Shown here piece by piece: positions 9,593-19,116 of a DNA stretch of 64,000 bases. The notes below the pieces were generated by a model that ran no database searches, was not told the DNA's origin, and saw only the letters and a list, made by a program, of their open reading frames with translations. The number at the start of each line of letters is the position of its first letter. The first letter of the stretch is position 1. This DNA comes from Escherichia phage vB_EcoM_Kelasse. The position numbers were made by a program, and so were the translations under genes. Where the stretch lies: sequence record MW749001.1; one strand, 5' to 3'.

Positions 9593-10594
9593 TTACTTAA
9601 TTAACTGTAAAGCTTGTTCAAGACGATCAAGACGATTAACGGATTCTTCCCAAATCTTTTTAGCCTGCTCATATTCTTTCTGCGCTTTATTAGAAATTTC
9701 TAGAACTTCTTTATAAGCTTTTTCTAATGCAATAACTTCTGGACGAATTTCTACCGGTTCAGGTGAATCATCAAGACATTCCATTAGTTCCTCAAGGGTA
9801 GTTTCTTCTTTAGGAGTATTCACAATTTCATCACATTTTTGTTGGTAAATTTCTTTACTAGTAGGTGAATAAGCACATTTCACTTCACGAAGACTAATTA
9901 CAATTTTATATCCTTCCCATCCGCATATATTCTTAAAAGGATATGTATGAATATTTTCTACTGTTTCCATACAAAGTAATGCAGTCTCTAACTGACGAGT
10001 TATAGTGCTAGCAATTGAGAAAAATTTATTAATGTTCTTTTGGTTAGTTTCTGGTGTAAAAAATCCATAATTCACAAAAATAGCTACTTTATTTTTATCA
10101 AGCTCATATTCTTTTATGATAATCATATCAGAAGCCAAAGGATGAATTTGACGATAATCGCCATAGCATAATTTAGAAGCTGATTTTAAAATTTGCTTTT
10201 TGAAAAGTCTGAAATTACTAATCCAACGACGAGTAAAAATATTCTCAGGGTCTTCTTTATTATTAAGATGATAAGAATTAACATCACCGAACCAATTATA
10301 TCCTACTACATCTTTAGTTCGTTTAATTTCTTTCCCAAAATTACCAAGAATATCCCGATTAACCAAATATGAAAGAAGACGAGACTCTTTAAAGGTTTTC
10401 TTGATAACATCTTTATCTACACGGCTAGAAATTTTACGAATTTCATGAATAAATTTAGTAGAAGAAACAATACTTGCATCAACACTATTGAGCCATTGAT
10501 TGATAATAGAAAGAACGATATTTTGACCAAACATCGGTATAGCTTTATCATCAATAACGCTATTGAATGATTTGATATATTCGTTACGAGTCAT
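9593..10594 (-). CDS. hypothetical early protein with C-terminal coiled coil (about 333 aa)
   Basis: ORF track frame 9593..10645; first ATG lies inside the promoter-like element, so start placed at MTRNEYIKSF; C-terminal helical tail. Confidence 0.55.
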   Translation of the reverse strand: MTRNEYIKSFNSVIDDKAIPMFGQNIVLSIINQWLNSVDASIVSSTKFIHEIRKISSRVDKDVIKKTFKESRLLSYLVNRDILGNFGKEIKRTKDVVGYNWFGDVNSYHLNNKEDPENIFTRRWISNFRLFKKQILKSASKLCYGDYRQIHPLASDMIIIKEYELDKNKVAIFVNYGFFTPETNQKNINKFFSIASTITRQLETALLCMETVENIHTYPFKNICGWEGYKIVISLREVKCAYSPTSKEIYQQKCDEIVNTPKEETTLEELMECLDDSPEPVEIRPEVIALEKAYKEVLEISNKAQKEYEQAKKIWEESVNRLDRLEQALQLIK

Positions 10595-10619
10595 ATTAAT
10601 CTCCTCAGTAGAAAGTAAG

Positions 10620-10653
10620 AACATTATACCACATCCTTGTGGCAAAGTAAACT
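10620..10653 (-). promoter_or_regulatory. T4-type early promoter
   Basis: Minus-strand GTTTAC, 17-bp spacer, GTATAAT extended -10. Confidence 0.55.
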
Positions 10654-11536
10654 AGTTCAGTGCATTTAGTGCATTGTTCAGTTTAGAACGTTGCTTCGTG
10701 AGATTTTTGACTTTTTCTTGTGCTTTTTCTAGCATCTTTTCAGCTTCTAACACTTCATTGGTCGCTTTAACGAGTTCATCATCTACTGCCTTAAGGGACT
10801 TCTCAATCGCATCCGCGTGCCATTTTTCAACAGGTTTAAGACTCGGATTTTCAATAGGAAGAAAATTCACTTTATTGAATTTCCATGCATCTTTATTACC
10901 TGAACTATACATCCAAAATTTAGGATCATTTGACGAGTAATTAGATAAATTTAAGTTATCTTGCACTTCCTGCTTTTTCTCTTGCGGGACTTCGTCCTTT
11001 CTCAAAAAATCGTATTTAAATGAAACGATCATATCAAGTTCATATGTTGTCGTATCTAATTTAAATCGTTCGAAATGCTGCGAAATCTTAGATTGAACAG
11101 CAGCAACAACATCCATATACTTAAATGCTTCTGTCAGCTGTGATTTAAGACATTCACAAATTGAAAGAGAATTTTTTGTATTAGGTTTAAAGCTAATTCG
11201 TGCAGTTCTATTATTTTCTTTTAATGGTCTTACTTCCATCTGAAGAGTATAACCATCAAATTTCAGGTTCTTTAAGTTAATATCAGAACCTTTTAATCGA
11301 CTAGCCGTCGACAAAATTTGCTTTAATTGTTTACGGAATAGAGCAATAAATCTCCATTCAATACGATAATGATTTGGATTGAAAAATCCAGATGATAAAT
11401 CGACCTTACTCTGACCAACACCTTGAACAAATAGAGGATTTTTATAATCAATAGTTTTACAGAAATCGGTGAGCTGCTCACGAGCAGTCCATTTGAGTAA
11501 TATACCCTGCTTCATTAAAATGACGTAACCATTCAC
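10652..11536 (-). CDS. hypothetical early protein with C-terminal coiled coil (294 aa, start may be internal)
   Basis: ORF; KPVEKW linker followed by helical C-terminus EAEKMLEKAQEKVKNLTKQRSKLNNALNALN. Confidence 0.55.
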   Translation of the reverse strand: MNGYVILMKQGILLKWTAREQLTDFCKTIDYKNPLFVQGVGQSKVDLSSGFFNPNHYRIEWRFIALFRKQLKQILSTASRLKGSDINLKNLKFDGYTLQMEVRPLKENNRTARISFKPNTKNSLSICECLKSQLTEAFKYMDVVAAVQSKISQHFERFKLDTTTYELDMIVSFKYDFLRKDEVPQEKKQEVQDNLNLSNYSSNDPKFWMYSSGNKDAWKFNKVNFLPIENPSLKPVEKWHADAIEKSLKAVDDELVKATNEVLEAEKMLEKAQEKVKNLTKQRSKLNNALNALN

Positions 11537-11672
11537 TGCTATTCATATATTTAAAGTGAATATCACGATTAACTTTATCAGGGTCTAAATTATTTTGACA
11601 CAAAAATGTCATAACATCACGAGTATAGCTGGCATTACGAACCATATCTTCAATTTGAGAACGAGTTTTCAT
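11478..11672 (-). CDS. small hypothetical ORF (64 aa)
   Basis: ORF overlapping the start of the downstream gene. Confidence 0.35.
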   Translation of the reverse strand: MKTRSQIEDMVRNASYTRDVMTFLCQNNLDPDKVNRDIHFKYMNSSEWLRHFNEAGYITQMDCS

Positions 11673-11680
11673 GGTGTTCC

Positions 11681-12589
11681 TTAAGATTTAAGTAAATCGA
11701 CAATTTTAATTAACTTTTCACGCTCAGATTTAGCTTTACTACTCAATCCAGATAGTCTGAAAATTTCATCGTCATAATGTTGAATAGAAATATTCAGCTC
11801 TTCAATTTGCTTATTAAAATAATCAATTTGTTCAGAATGTTTTTCGTTACTACGAACTGGTACAGGTTTTGTAGGCAATTTAGTTAAACTGGATTCATCC
11901 GGGCGATAAATTAAAATGCAATTTGAACCAATCGGGCATTTAGCACCAGATGAATATTCTAACGTTCCAGCTTCTTTTAAAACTTCAAAAGCTAAACAGA
12001 GATGATGCCCCATATTAACATAATCTGTAGAGCGAGCTCTGACGTAATAATCATCGCCGCGAATACTAAATTTAAAGCATTTAAGGTCTTCTGTATTATT
12101 GGTCTTAAAAATCATTTGTTTATCTAGACCTTTAGCTAATCGAGCGCCTAATGCTAATAATCGTCGTTGATTTTCCCACAAATCTGCGATCATTTGGTCA
12201 AATGATAATTTCGGCATTAGTCGACCGTAAAGATCATAGCCTTTATTATAATTGCGAAGAATTTCACTTGCATTAATACGAGACAATGCTCCAATTTTAT
12301 TAAGGGCTTTCATAATGCGATTAGATAAACCCATTCCAGACCCGTTTGTTCGCTGTAAATGTTTTTCTAATCCAAATCCAATATCAACTTTAAACTTATC
12401 TAAAATTTCTGCATGAACATCTCTGTCAATAACATTCAAATCCAAAGTTGGGTTAAATCTATGAAAAAATTTATCTGGCTCTCCACGACGAAGTACAGTC
12501 CATTCATTCAATTTTTTATTAACTAAAGATTTAATTACTGCATTGACATTATTAATTACTACTGACATATTTTCCTCACTCAATTTCAA
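11681..12589 (-). CDS. hypothetical early protein with C-terminal coiled coil (302 aa)
   Basis: ORF; TKPVPV linker followed by helical tail. Confidence 0.55.
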   Translation of the reverse strand: MKLSEENMSVVINNVNAVIKSLVNKKLNEWTVLRRGEPDKFFHRFNPTLDLNVIDRDVHAEILDKFKVDIGFGLEKHLQRTNGSGMGLSNRIMKALNKIGALSRINASEILRNYNKGYDLYGRLMPKLSFDQMIADLWENQRRLLALGARLAKGLDKQMIFKTNNTEDLKCFKFSIRGDDYYVRARSTDYVNMGHHLCLAFEVLKEAGTLEYSSGAKCPIGSNCILIYRPDESSLTKLPTKPVPVRSNEKHSEQIDYFNKQIEELNISIQHYDDEIFRLSGLSSKAKSEREKLIKIVDLLKS

Positions 12590-12983
12590 TTTTACTAAAT
12601 ATACAGAATATGATGGAAAAGACTATATAAGCACCGCATACAGATTGAACTAATACCATTCCAAAGAACCAAACAATATTATCAAACAATGTCTGTTTTA
12701 CGTCGAAAGGACGTAAACTTACAGTAATATTATCGCCTTTTTCTATTGATGAATACATCTCTGGGGAAATATATTCGCTAAATCTATAACCGTCTTTGAG
12801 TTCATATACGGCAATAAACGATAAACTAGACCCCTTTCCTTGAGTTCCTGTAAGGGTATTAACTACAGTAACATCATAATCTTTATAATGCATATAATCA
12901 TTAATTGCGTAATAACCATATGCAATTACTATACATAAACAACATATCAATAAATTCAATCTTTTAATTATCAACTGTTTCAT
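12576..12983 (-). CDS. membrane protein (135 aa)
   Basis: Hydrophobic segments at N- and C-termini (LLICCLCIVIAYGYYAI; IVWFFGMVLVQSVCGAYIVFSIIFCIF). Confidence 0.5.
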   Translation of the reverse strand: MKQLIIKRLNLLICCLCIVIAYGYYAINDYMHYKDYDVTVVNTLTGTQGKGSSLSFIAVYELKDGYRFSEYISPEMYSSIEKGDNITVSLRPFDVKQTLFDNIVWFFGMVLVQSVCGAYIVFSIIFCIFSKIEIE

Positions 12984-13004
12984 AATAATCTCAATTAAAA
13001 GGGC

Positions 13005-13040
13005 TTAGAACCATTATACCATCCTTGGTATAAAGCGGTT
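13005..13040 (-). promoter_or_regulatory. possible middle (MotA-dependent) promoter
   Basis: Minus-strand GCTTTA (MotA-box-like) 12 bp upstream of TATAAT; upstream of the membrane-protein gene. Confidence 0.3.
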
Positions 13041-13566
13041 ATGCGAGTACCGTCTTTAACCGTTCTTCAAACTTCCGAAGAGTATTCTGGCGTTCAGCTC
13101 TTTGCTTTTTGTAAGTTTCAATACGCTCTGAAATGAGAGTGTATCGTTCATTTACTGATTCTTTCATAAAATCAGGAATTTCACGAGAAGCTTTAATCTC
13201 GTCAAATTTATCAATAACAGCTTGCTCTTCAGCAATTAAGTTATCATACATCAAAATATCTTTCTTGATGAACTCAATATCTTCTTGAGTTACACGAGAT
13301 AATTTAGATGCTTTATCCTTTTTGTACTGTTCGTTAGTATCACGAGACCAGTGTAATGTACGATTTTTATTCGTATTTTTGTAAATTTCTACAATACCAA
13401 TCTCATCGATAATAACGATCCAATTCCAACGAGATTTGTAAATTTGTCCTCCATCAACCGTGATTTCACCTCCAATTGAGATGTCATTAAAGAACTTGCT
13501 TTGAGCTTCAGATTTAAATTTACCATCATTGTAGTTTACCAAGTTGAAAATATCTTTAGCATTCAT
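13039..13566 (-). CDS. hypothetical helical/charged protein (about 175 aa)
   Basis: ORF track frame 13039..13626; start placed at internal Met preceded by GGAGG, because the 5' extension coincides with a promoter-like element. Confidence 0.5.
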   Translation of the reverse strand: MNAKDIFNLVNYNDGKFKSEAQSKFFNDISIGGEITVDGGQIYKSRWNWIVIIDEIGIVEIYKNTNKNRTLHWSRDTNEQYKKDKASKLSRVTQEDIEFIKKDILMYDNLIAEEQAVIDKFDEIKASREIPDFMKESVNERYTLISERIETYKKQRAERQNTLRKFEERLKTVLA

Positions 13567-13579
13567 TTTCTGTTCCTCC

Positions 13580-13603
13580 GTAGTTGATAGTTGTATAGTA
13601 CCA
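13580..13603. repeat. 24-bp dispersed promoter-core repeat (copy 1)
   Basis: gtagttgatagttgtatagtacca, identical to 30809..30832. Confidence 0.85.
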
Positions 13604-13625
13604 CAGAGGAACGGTCTTGTAAACA
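13585..13625 (-). promoter_or_regulatory. T4-type early promoter
   Basis: Minus-strand GTTTACA ... TACTATAC followed by conserved leader AACTATCAACTACGGAGG. Confidence 0.55.
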
Positions 13626-13626
13626 A

Positions 13627-13941
13627 CTAAAAGAAACTTCTTTCACAATTTTTTCCACTGAACCACGCGCTCACTGCTTTCTTAGTCTCAGGAGCAGTGT
13701 TATCCATAAACCATTCAAAGGCAGCCTTTTTATGATTCTGGAGGGCTTCTCGGGCTTTAATCTGCTCACGGTCTATTAACACTAACATATGAGCCTTTCT
13801 TGTCACCAAGGGCTTCTTATGATTTTTTGAATACTCCCAATCATTTGTCCATCGCATCGTTGTTGCGAACTGAAATACTGCTTCTTTAATTTTAGTTTCA
13901 TAAATTTCACGAGCCTTTGAGTATAACATCATTACCTCCAT
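13627..13941 (-). CDS. hypothetical early protein (104 aa)
   Basis: ORF. Confidence 0.45.
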   Translation of the reverse strand: MEVMMLYSKAREIYETKIKEAVFQFATTMRWTNDWEYSKNHKKPLVTRKAHMLVLIDREQIKAREALQNHKKAAFEWFMDNTAPETKKAVSAWFSGKNCERSFF

Positions 13942-14030
13942 TTACCAGTTTAATTCTAGTCATCTTTTTGATGGCAGTCCATATAATCTATTTCTGAACT
14001 GCCTTTTTGTCATAGAAGGCCTCTTATGAA

Positions 14031-14999
14031 TTATTTCAGAAGAGTAACCTCAGCGATTTCTTCCCAACCGTTTTTGTCGGTCATAATAAAGTCAGCAAGA
14101 TAAAGCGCAGTACGCAGTGAAACATTGCGTAAACGATTAACATTGACTTTCATCCATGATAATGCTTTATAAGTTTCTTCATCAGAAAGACCGCGCTTTT
14201 GCATCATGTCAGTTGAAAGAATAACATCTTCAACCCTAACCATAATTTCTTCATTAGTGTGAACACCCAAATCCAAATAAACTGAGCGGGACACTAATGC
14301 TTGTAAATGTGGAGCAAGTTTAGTACCACGATCTAATTCGCGGTCAATGTCAACGTTTGTGATAAAAACAATCGTTCCTTTAAATTCAAACTCACGCTCA
14401 ATGCCTTTTTCTTCTAAGTAAGAAGATGCGGTGCTCCAGCAGACTTTACGGGTCTCTCCGGTGTCCAGAGCAGCTTTCAGAAGATTAAGAATGTCCATAT
14501 CAGAGAAAACATCCACATCATCAATCAAAAGGACAGAATTCTCTTCACGATTATTCCAAAGCTGCTCATAAAGACCAATACCAGAGATTTTACCATTAAT
14601 GCTTTTATACTCAATGTATCCAATATCATTTGCTTTATTTAAAGCTTTATCTAAAGAATACGTTTTACCAATACCTGCTGCTCCCGAGATAATTAATGAA
14701 CGAATGTTTCCGTTAATAATACCATTCGTCATCATTCCCATAACATTAAATCTTTTATTAATGCGGGTTTTCATATCTTCATACGATTCTTTAACTTCTT
14801 CAACTTTTACACCATCATATGAAATGTCTGATTTGTAAACCCAAACACCGCGACGCTTACCGTCAATTTCAACAAAAACTTTACCATCTCCTTGTGCATC
14901 TACCGGAGCATTATCTGGGAACCATTCACCTAAGAGCTCAAAAGTTCCAGAGATTTCTTTGCCAAAGTAGATACCCTTATTGATAGTTACAGTTTTCAT
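14031..14999 (-). CDS. P-loop ATPase (AAA-like)
   Basis: Walker A GAAGIGKT and Walker B-like VLLIDDVD in a 322-aa ORF. Confidence 0.7.
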   Translation of the reverse strand: MKTVTINKGIYFGKEISGTFELLGEWFPDNAPVDAQGDGKVFVEIDGKRRGVWVYKSDISYDGVKVEEVKESYEDMKTRINKRFNVMGMMTNGIINGNIRSLIISGAAGIGKTYSLDKALNKANDIGYIEYKSINGKISGIGLYEQLWNNREENSVLLIDDVDVFSDMDILNLLKAALDTGETRKVCWSTASSYLEEKGIEREFEFKGTIVFITNVDIDRELDRGTKLAPHLQALVSRSVYLDLGVHTNEEIMVRVEDVILSTDMMQKRGLSDEETYKALSWMKVNVNRLRNVSLRTALYLADFIMTDKNGWEEIAEVTLLK

Positions 15000-15056
15000 T
15001 TTATTCTCCTTTGATTTGATAGGACTACTATAACATAATCCTATCAGTTTGTATAC

Positions 15057-15257
15057 TTATTTTGACATTTCTTCGATGTCACGACGATACCCGTCACGAA
15101 CTTCACGAAGAGCTTCAAGGCCACACATAGGCTCGATACCAGTAATGTGAACTTGATTAATCTGATACTCTACATCTTCTAACTGAGCGAAAACATAACG
15201 ACGTTCAGCTGCACAACCAGATTTAGCTTTACCGAAACGTTTATTCAAAGTAGTCAT
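15057..15257 (-). CDS. hypothetical early protein (66 aa)
   Basis: ORF downstream of promoter-like element. Confidence 0.4.
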   Translation of the reverse strand: MTTLNKRFGKAKSGCAAERRYVFAQLEDVEYQINQVHITGIEPMCGLEALREVRDGYRRDIEEMSK

Positions 15258-15289
15258 TTTGTATCTCCAATTTACTCATTTGTTTTGAT

Positions 15290-15328
15290 AGTTGTATAGT
15301 ATACCATAAAGCTTTATGCTTGTAAACA
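15290..15328 (-). promoter_or_regulatory. T4-type early promoter (cassette with upstream stem-loop)
   Basis: Minus-strand GTTTACA ... TATACTATAC; immediately downstream of the terminator hairpin at 15350..15376. Confidence 0.55.
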
Positions 15329-15349
15329 ACTTTGTGAAAAATTTTTGAA

Positions 15350-15376
15350 ATAAAAAAGGGAGCCCGAAGGCCCCCT
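15350..15376 (-). terminator. intrinsic terminator (UUCG tetraloop)
   Basis: Minus-strand GGGGGCCUUCGGGCUCCC followed by UUUUUU. Confidence 0.65.
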
Positions 15377-15377
15377 A

Positions 15378-16391
15378 TCATTTATAATAACTTCGGTGGT
15401 TTTCAAGATAAACCTGTTCGAGGAAATTATTCCAAAAGCTCATATCTACTGTTTTAGGCATACCATTCTTAGAAGCGTCAGTAGATGCTGCTTCTACTTG
15501 ATCGACCACATCTTCCAAAAACTCTTGAACTGTTTTAAATGGATGTTTACCCAACTTCACGTCGAGAATAAATGGAGCATCTTGGAGTGGATAAACCAAG
15601 TCACCAGTTTTGTAAATTTCCAATAGTTGAAGTCCACCACGACAAGCATGACTCAGAGCTTTCCAGTCAATACCTTCATTGGCTTCGGCCTTACGAGCAC
15701 GTTCACCATATTCAGCATCTAATTTGTTCAGTGACTGCTTAAGCTCAATAAGAGAAAGCGTTGTCTGATATTTACGACCCAATACAGTATAGAACGTTTG
15801 TGGACCTGTTTTCTCATGATTATGGAACACCCATTCACAGAATTCGTTTTCTGGAAGACGATGCTTAATATCTTCAACTTTAGTGCGACGCTGCTTAATA
15901 GAACCATCTTCTTGGTAATCAACCCATTGCTCGGGGATTTGATTAACTACTTTTAATACATCGCGTAATGCAGCCAAACGAGAACCCTTGACACCGTATT
16001 TAGAAGCTTGCTTGCGGACATATCCTAAATAGGATTTCATGTTAGTCGTATAAAAACGAGAACGGTTGTCTTGAATAAACTTCCACACGTCAGGCAAATC
16101 AGATTTAACCACTAGTTCAGGTGGAGTGTGAAGCATATCCAATGCTACAGTTTCACCATCTGCTGCTAATTTAAAGAAATATTTAAGACTGTATAGTTCA
16201 TGGTCAATATCATCTTTAGTGTTTTTAGATGATGTGTTGTTAGTGTTTTTACTCATGTGCTCTTTGACATTTCCGATAAGAATATCACGAGCAGGAGGAA
16301 CAAAAATTTCTTTAAAATCTACATCAGATTCTGGGGTAGAAGTTCCATAAAGATGACTACCAAAATAGCTTTTCATTACTGTTTTCATCAT
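15378..16391 (-). CDS. Pol-beta-superfamily nucleotidyltransferase-fold protein
   Basis: N-terminal GS-x10-DVD motif (FGSHLYGTSTPESDVDF) plus downstream DIDHE acidic residue; 337 aa. Confidence 0.65.
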   Translation of the reverse strand: MMKTVMKSYFGSHLYGTSTPESDVDFKEIFVPPARDILIGNVKEHMSKNTNNTSSKNTKDDIDHELYSLKYFFKLAADGETVALDMLHTPPELVVKSDLPDVWKFIQDNRSRFYTTNMKSYLGYVRKQASKYGVKGSRLAALRDVLKVVNQIPEQWVDYQEDGSIKQRRTKVEDIKHRLPENEFCEWVFHNHEKTGPQTFYTVLGRKYQTTLSLIELKQSLNKLDAEYGERARKAEANEGIDWKALSHACRGGLQLLEIYKTGDLVYPLQDAPFILDVKLGKHPFKTVQEFLEDVVDQVEAASTDASKNGMPKTVDMSFWNNFLEQVYLENHRSYYK

Positions 16392-16849
16392 TCAGCCTTA
16401 TATTCAATAACAGGACATACTTTAGCTTTACGAGCTTTTAAAAATTCAACGATAACCGATTTCTTGGGTTGAATAGGAGGTAAACCTTTATACGCCCTAT
16501 CAATATTTTCTACGTGTAAAGCATAATCCTTTTTCCATTTATAATCTTTATATTTTTCACGCAAATGTGCAGGAATAACAAATGAACCGATAATAAGTAA
16601 AACAACCAAAAGTGCAAGTATAAATGCCGATGGAAGAAGAGTCCATAAACTACCGAAAATAAGCCAACGTTGTAGGCTTTCTGCACAAATAATTGTTAGC
16701 CCTACGAGTATAGCACATCCAAAAATAGAAACGAAAAATGTAGGAATGGCAATAGACCAAAAATATGCGCATAGTGTCTTAGGTCGTTGCCATTCATCGT
16801 TAAACAATTTGAATAATTTATAGTGCCAAGAGTTTTCATTAATAATCAT
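16388..16849 (-). CDS. integral membrane protein (153 aa)
   Basis: Three predicted TM segments; ATGA-coupled to the nucleotidyltransferase ORF. Confidence 0.5.
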   Translation of the reverse strand: MIINENSWHYKLFKLFNDEWQRPKTLCAYFWSIAIPTFFVSIFGCAILVGLTIICAESLQRWLIFGSLWTLLPSAFILALLVVLLIIGSFVIPAHLREKYKDYKWKKDYALHVENIDRAYKGLPPIQPKKSVIVEFLKARKAKVCPVIEYKAE

Positions 16850-16851
16850 AA

Positions 16852-17373
16852 TTATCCTTTCATTGAAGGCGTAACAGTTGTTAAATACTTAATCATAGCT
16901 TCAGCTTCTGATTTTGATAATGAAATTTCTCCATTGTTTTGACGAATAGAAATAAAATCCGGATGACGGTCACCACCAGCTTTTAAAACACACATATAAG
17001 TATCAACTTCGCCTTCAATATTTGAAATGATTGAAGCAGTTCCACATGAATGCGGTTTTTGATAAATCAATACAGCTTTTCTTCCGCCATTTGACTGTTC
17101 ATAAACTTTTAATACATCAAACAAATCAGTTCTTTTATCAATAGCTAAAATGTTATTTTCATCTTCAATGTTAAATCCTTCGGATACTTCATAAAGTGTC
17201 ACCCATAAATCGCCAATATCAATAACAGCGTTCACTTTTCCATGACTTTCAAGAGCATGACAAATTTTCTTGATTTCGTCATAACTCATTTTAATAATAT
17301 CATCTCCTTGAATAAGAAAGATGTCATTTTTAAATTCAACACGAATTAAACCACTTCCACTTGAAATAAACAT
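16852..17373 (-). CDS. hypothetical protein, paralog of adjacent ORF
   Basis: C-terminus SKSEAEAMIKYLTTVTPSM resembles TKDEAIALKTYLDSVIPTM of the neighbouring ORF. Confidence 0.5.
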   Translation of the reverse strand: MFISSGSGLIRVEFKNDIFLIQGDDIIKMSYDEIKKICHALESHGKVNAVIDIGDLWVTLYEVSEGFNIEDENNILAIDKRTDLFDVLKVYEQSNGGRKAVLIYQKPHSCGTASIISNIEGEVDTYMCVLKAGGDRHPDFISIRQNNGEISLSKSEAEAMIKYLTTVTPSMKG

Positions 17374-17379
17374 ATTTCC

Positions 17380-17934
17380 TCACTTTGAAATCATAGTTGG
17401 AATGACAGAATCAAGATAAGTCTTTAGTGCAATAGCTTCGTCTTTGGTAAATGTGACAATATGTGCTCGAGAATCATCAATTTGGCGAACAAGTACGACA
17501 TCGCCATCTTCATAAGAAGTCTTGACATCCAAAGTCGTAGTATAATTTGCAGCTACTGGATTAATAATGCTAGCACCGCGATCTTTAGCCCATTGAAGTT
17601 TAGCCTTTTCGGGTGTTTCGACTGTTTCAGATTCCAAGAATTCTTTCACCTTGGCAACGAATGTTGCCCAATTGTTGATAGAAAGACACATAAATTCAGT
17701 TTCAATATTACCGCCGTAAAGGCCACGATAAAAACGAACTTGGAGGTCGCCTGTAATATTAGTTACACCGGTAACTCCTGAGGGAGCATAAGATAAAATC
17801 GCAGCCAGTTCCATAGGAAGAATAGTAATACTATCGTCTTCCTGCGTCAGAACGTATACATTACCGCGTTTTTCGATAACTAGGTCACCGAACAAATCAG
17901 TTGTTTCAATTACAGCTTTCATATTATTTACCAA
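17380..17934 (-). CDS. hypothetical protein, paralog of adjacent ORF
   Basis: See 16852..17373; tandem duplicate. Confidence 0.5.
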   Translation of the reverse strand: MVNNMKAVIETTDLFGDLVIEKRGNVYVLTQEDDSITILPMELAAILSYAPSGVTGVTNITGDLQVRFYRGLYGGNIETEFMCLSINNWATFVAKVKEFLESETVETPEKAKLQWAKDRGASIINPVAANYTTTLDVKTSYEDGDVVLVRQIDDSRAHIVTFTKDEAIALKTYLDSVIPTMISK

Positions 17935-18109
17935 TTAAAGTTTCAATATAAGAATCAAGATTTACTTTAGCTTCTTCCATAAGAGTTTTGTATTTAATCT
18001 TGTTAGCATGTCCGGAGAAAGCTGATTCATCAATAATTGTTGATGTATGAACAGCTTTACTATACGTCTCAATTAATTCTCTTAATTTAAAAGCCTGCTC
18101 ACTTGTCAT
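17924..18109 (-). CDS. hypothetical early protein (61 aa)
   Basis: ORF. Confidence 0.4.
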   Translation of the reverse strand: MTSEQAFKLRELIETYSKAVHTSTIIDESAFSGHANKIKYKTLMEEAKVNLDSYIETLIGK

Positions 18110-18237
18110 TACATACTCCTCTGAATCATATCAATAATGTTGTTTACCAAATTATAAGTAAACATTGGGTAATTATATTGAATCATCACATACACAACAA
18201 ACAAAACTTTCATTCTCTTCTCCTTGGCAGTTGACAA

Positions 18238-18272
18238 GATTACTATACCATAACCTTGCCAACTTGTAAACC
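18238..18272 (-). promoter_or_regulatory. T4-type early promoter
   Basis: Minus-strand GTTTACA, spacer, TATAGT. Confidence 0.5.
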
Positions 18273-18436
18273 ATTAAATGACGTTTTCAATAAAATTCTG
18301 AAGCTTTGTGTGAGCATCAACCATGATTTTCATTTCTTCTTTTGCGAAAGCTGTACCTCTTTCCCGAGCAGAATACTCATAGTCAGAAACTGCATTAGCA
18401 TATTCTTCAATTAGCTTCATTAAAAACATCTGCTTT

Positions 18437-18631
18437 TCAGTTTTCATTATTCCACCTAATCATTTCAAGATATTGAACTAACTTAGCTTTGGATTTATCC
18501 AAATCTCTTTTAGCTGCTTCTATACCGTCGTATGAATATCCTTCACAATGCTCAACTGCTAATTGATATGAATCTATTTCAATATCACGTGCTAATTTAA
18601 TGATTTTTTCAAACTGTTCGCGTGTTAGCAT
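18437..18631 (-). CDS. hypothetical early protein (64 aa)
   Basis: ORF. Confidence 0.4.
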   Translation of the reverse strand: MLTREQFEKIIKLARDIEIDSYQLAVEHCEGYSYDGIEAAKRDLDKSKAKLVQYLEMIRWNNEN

Positions 18632-18633
18632 AC

Positions 18634-18873
18634 TTAAACTCTCGTATTATGATCGATAATTTCATCAAGAAACATATCTAACGCTTCTAAAGCATTATCC
18701 ACTTTAGTTTCAAAGTCTTTAATGCCTTTATTCGAAATACCCGATGAATACCAAGCAAAGTTAATGCGTTCCTCATCTGCTTTACGAATTAAAGCTACCA
18801 ATTCCTTAATTTTATCAGCTTGTTCGATACTAATCATTATTCCACCACATATGAAAGAGAGAATATTGCACAC
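18634..18873 (-). CDS. hypothetical early protein (79 aa)
   Basis: ORF. Confidence 0.4.
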   Translation of the reverse strand: MCNILSFICGGIMISIEQADKIKELVALIRKADEERINFAWYSSGISNKGIKDFETKVDNALEALDMFLDEIIDHNTRV

Positions 18874-19025
18874 GCCATGTGAGTTGCAACTTCATCACAC
18901 ATATTATAACGTTTCTTAAGAAATTCTACAAGTTCTTCACTAGTAACTTCATCCATGTCGACGAAAAAATCACCATTAATGATGACGTAGATATTTCCTT
19001 CTTGATTGAGTGCTTCAATTTTCAT
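18837..19025 (-). CDS. hypothetical early protein (62 aa)
   Basis: ORF downstream of promoter-like element. Confidence 0.35.
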   Translation of the reverse strand: MKIEALNQEGNIYVIINGDFFVDMDEVTSEELVEFLKKRYNMCDEVATHMACAIFSLSYVVE

Positions 19026-19047
19026 GATGTTCTCCTCTTTATCCGAT

Positions 19048-19084
19048 AGTTATATAGTACCACAGCTCAAACGGAAAGTAAACC
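19048..19084 (-). promoter_or_regulatory. T4-type early promoter
   Basis: Minus-strand GTTTACT, spacer, TACTATAT, then GAGGAG and ATG. Confidence 0.5.
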
Positions 19085-19092
19085 GGTAAAAT

Positions 19093-19116
19093 GAAAAAAG
19101 TCTCCCGAAGGAGACT
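19093..19116 (-). terminator. intrinsic terminator (UUCG tetraloop)
   Basis: Minus-strand GUCUCCUUCGGGAGAC followed by UUUUUU. Confidence 0.65.
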
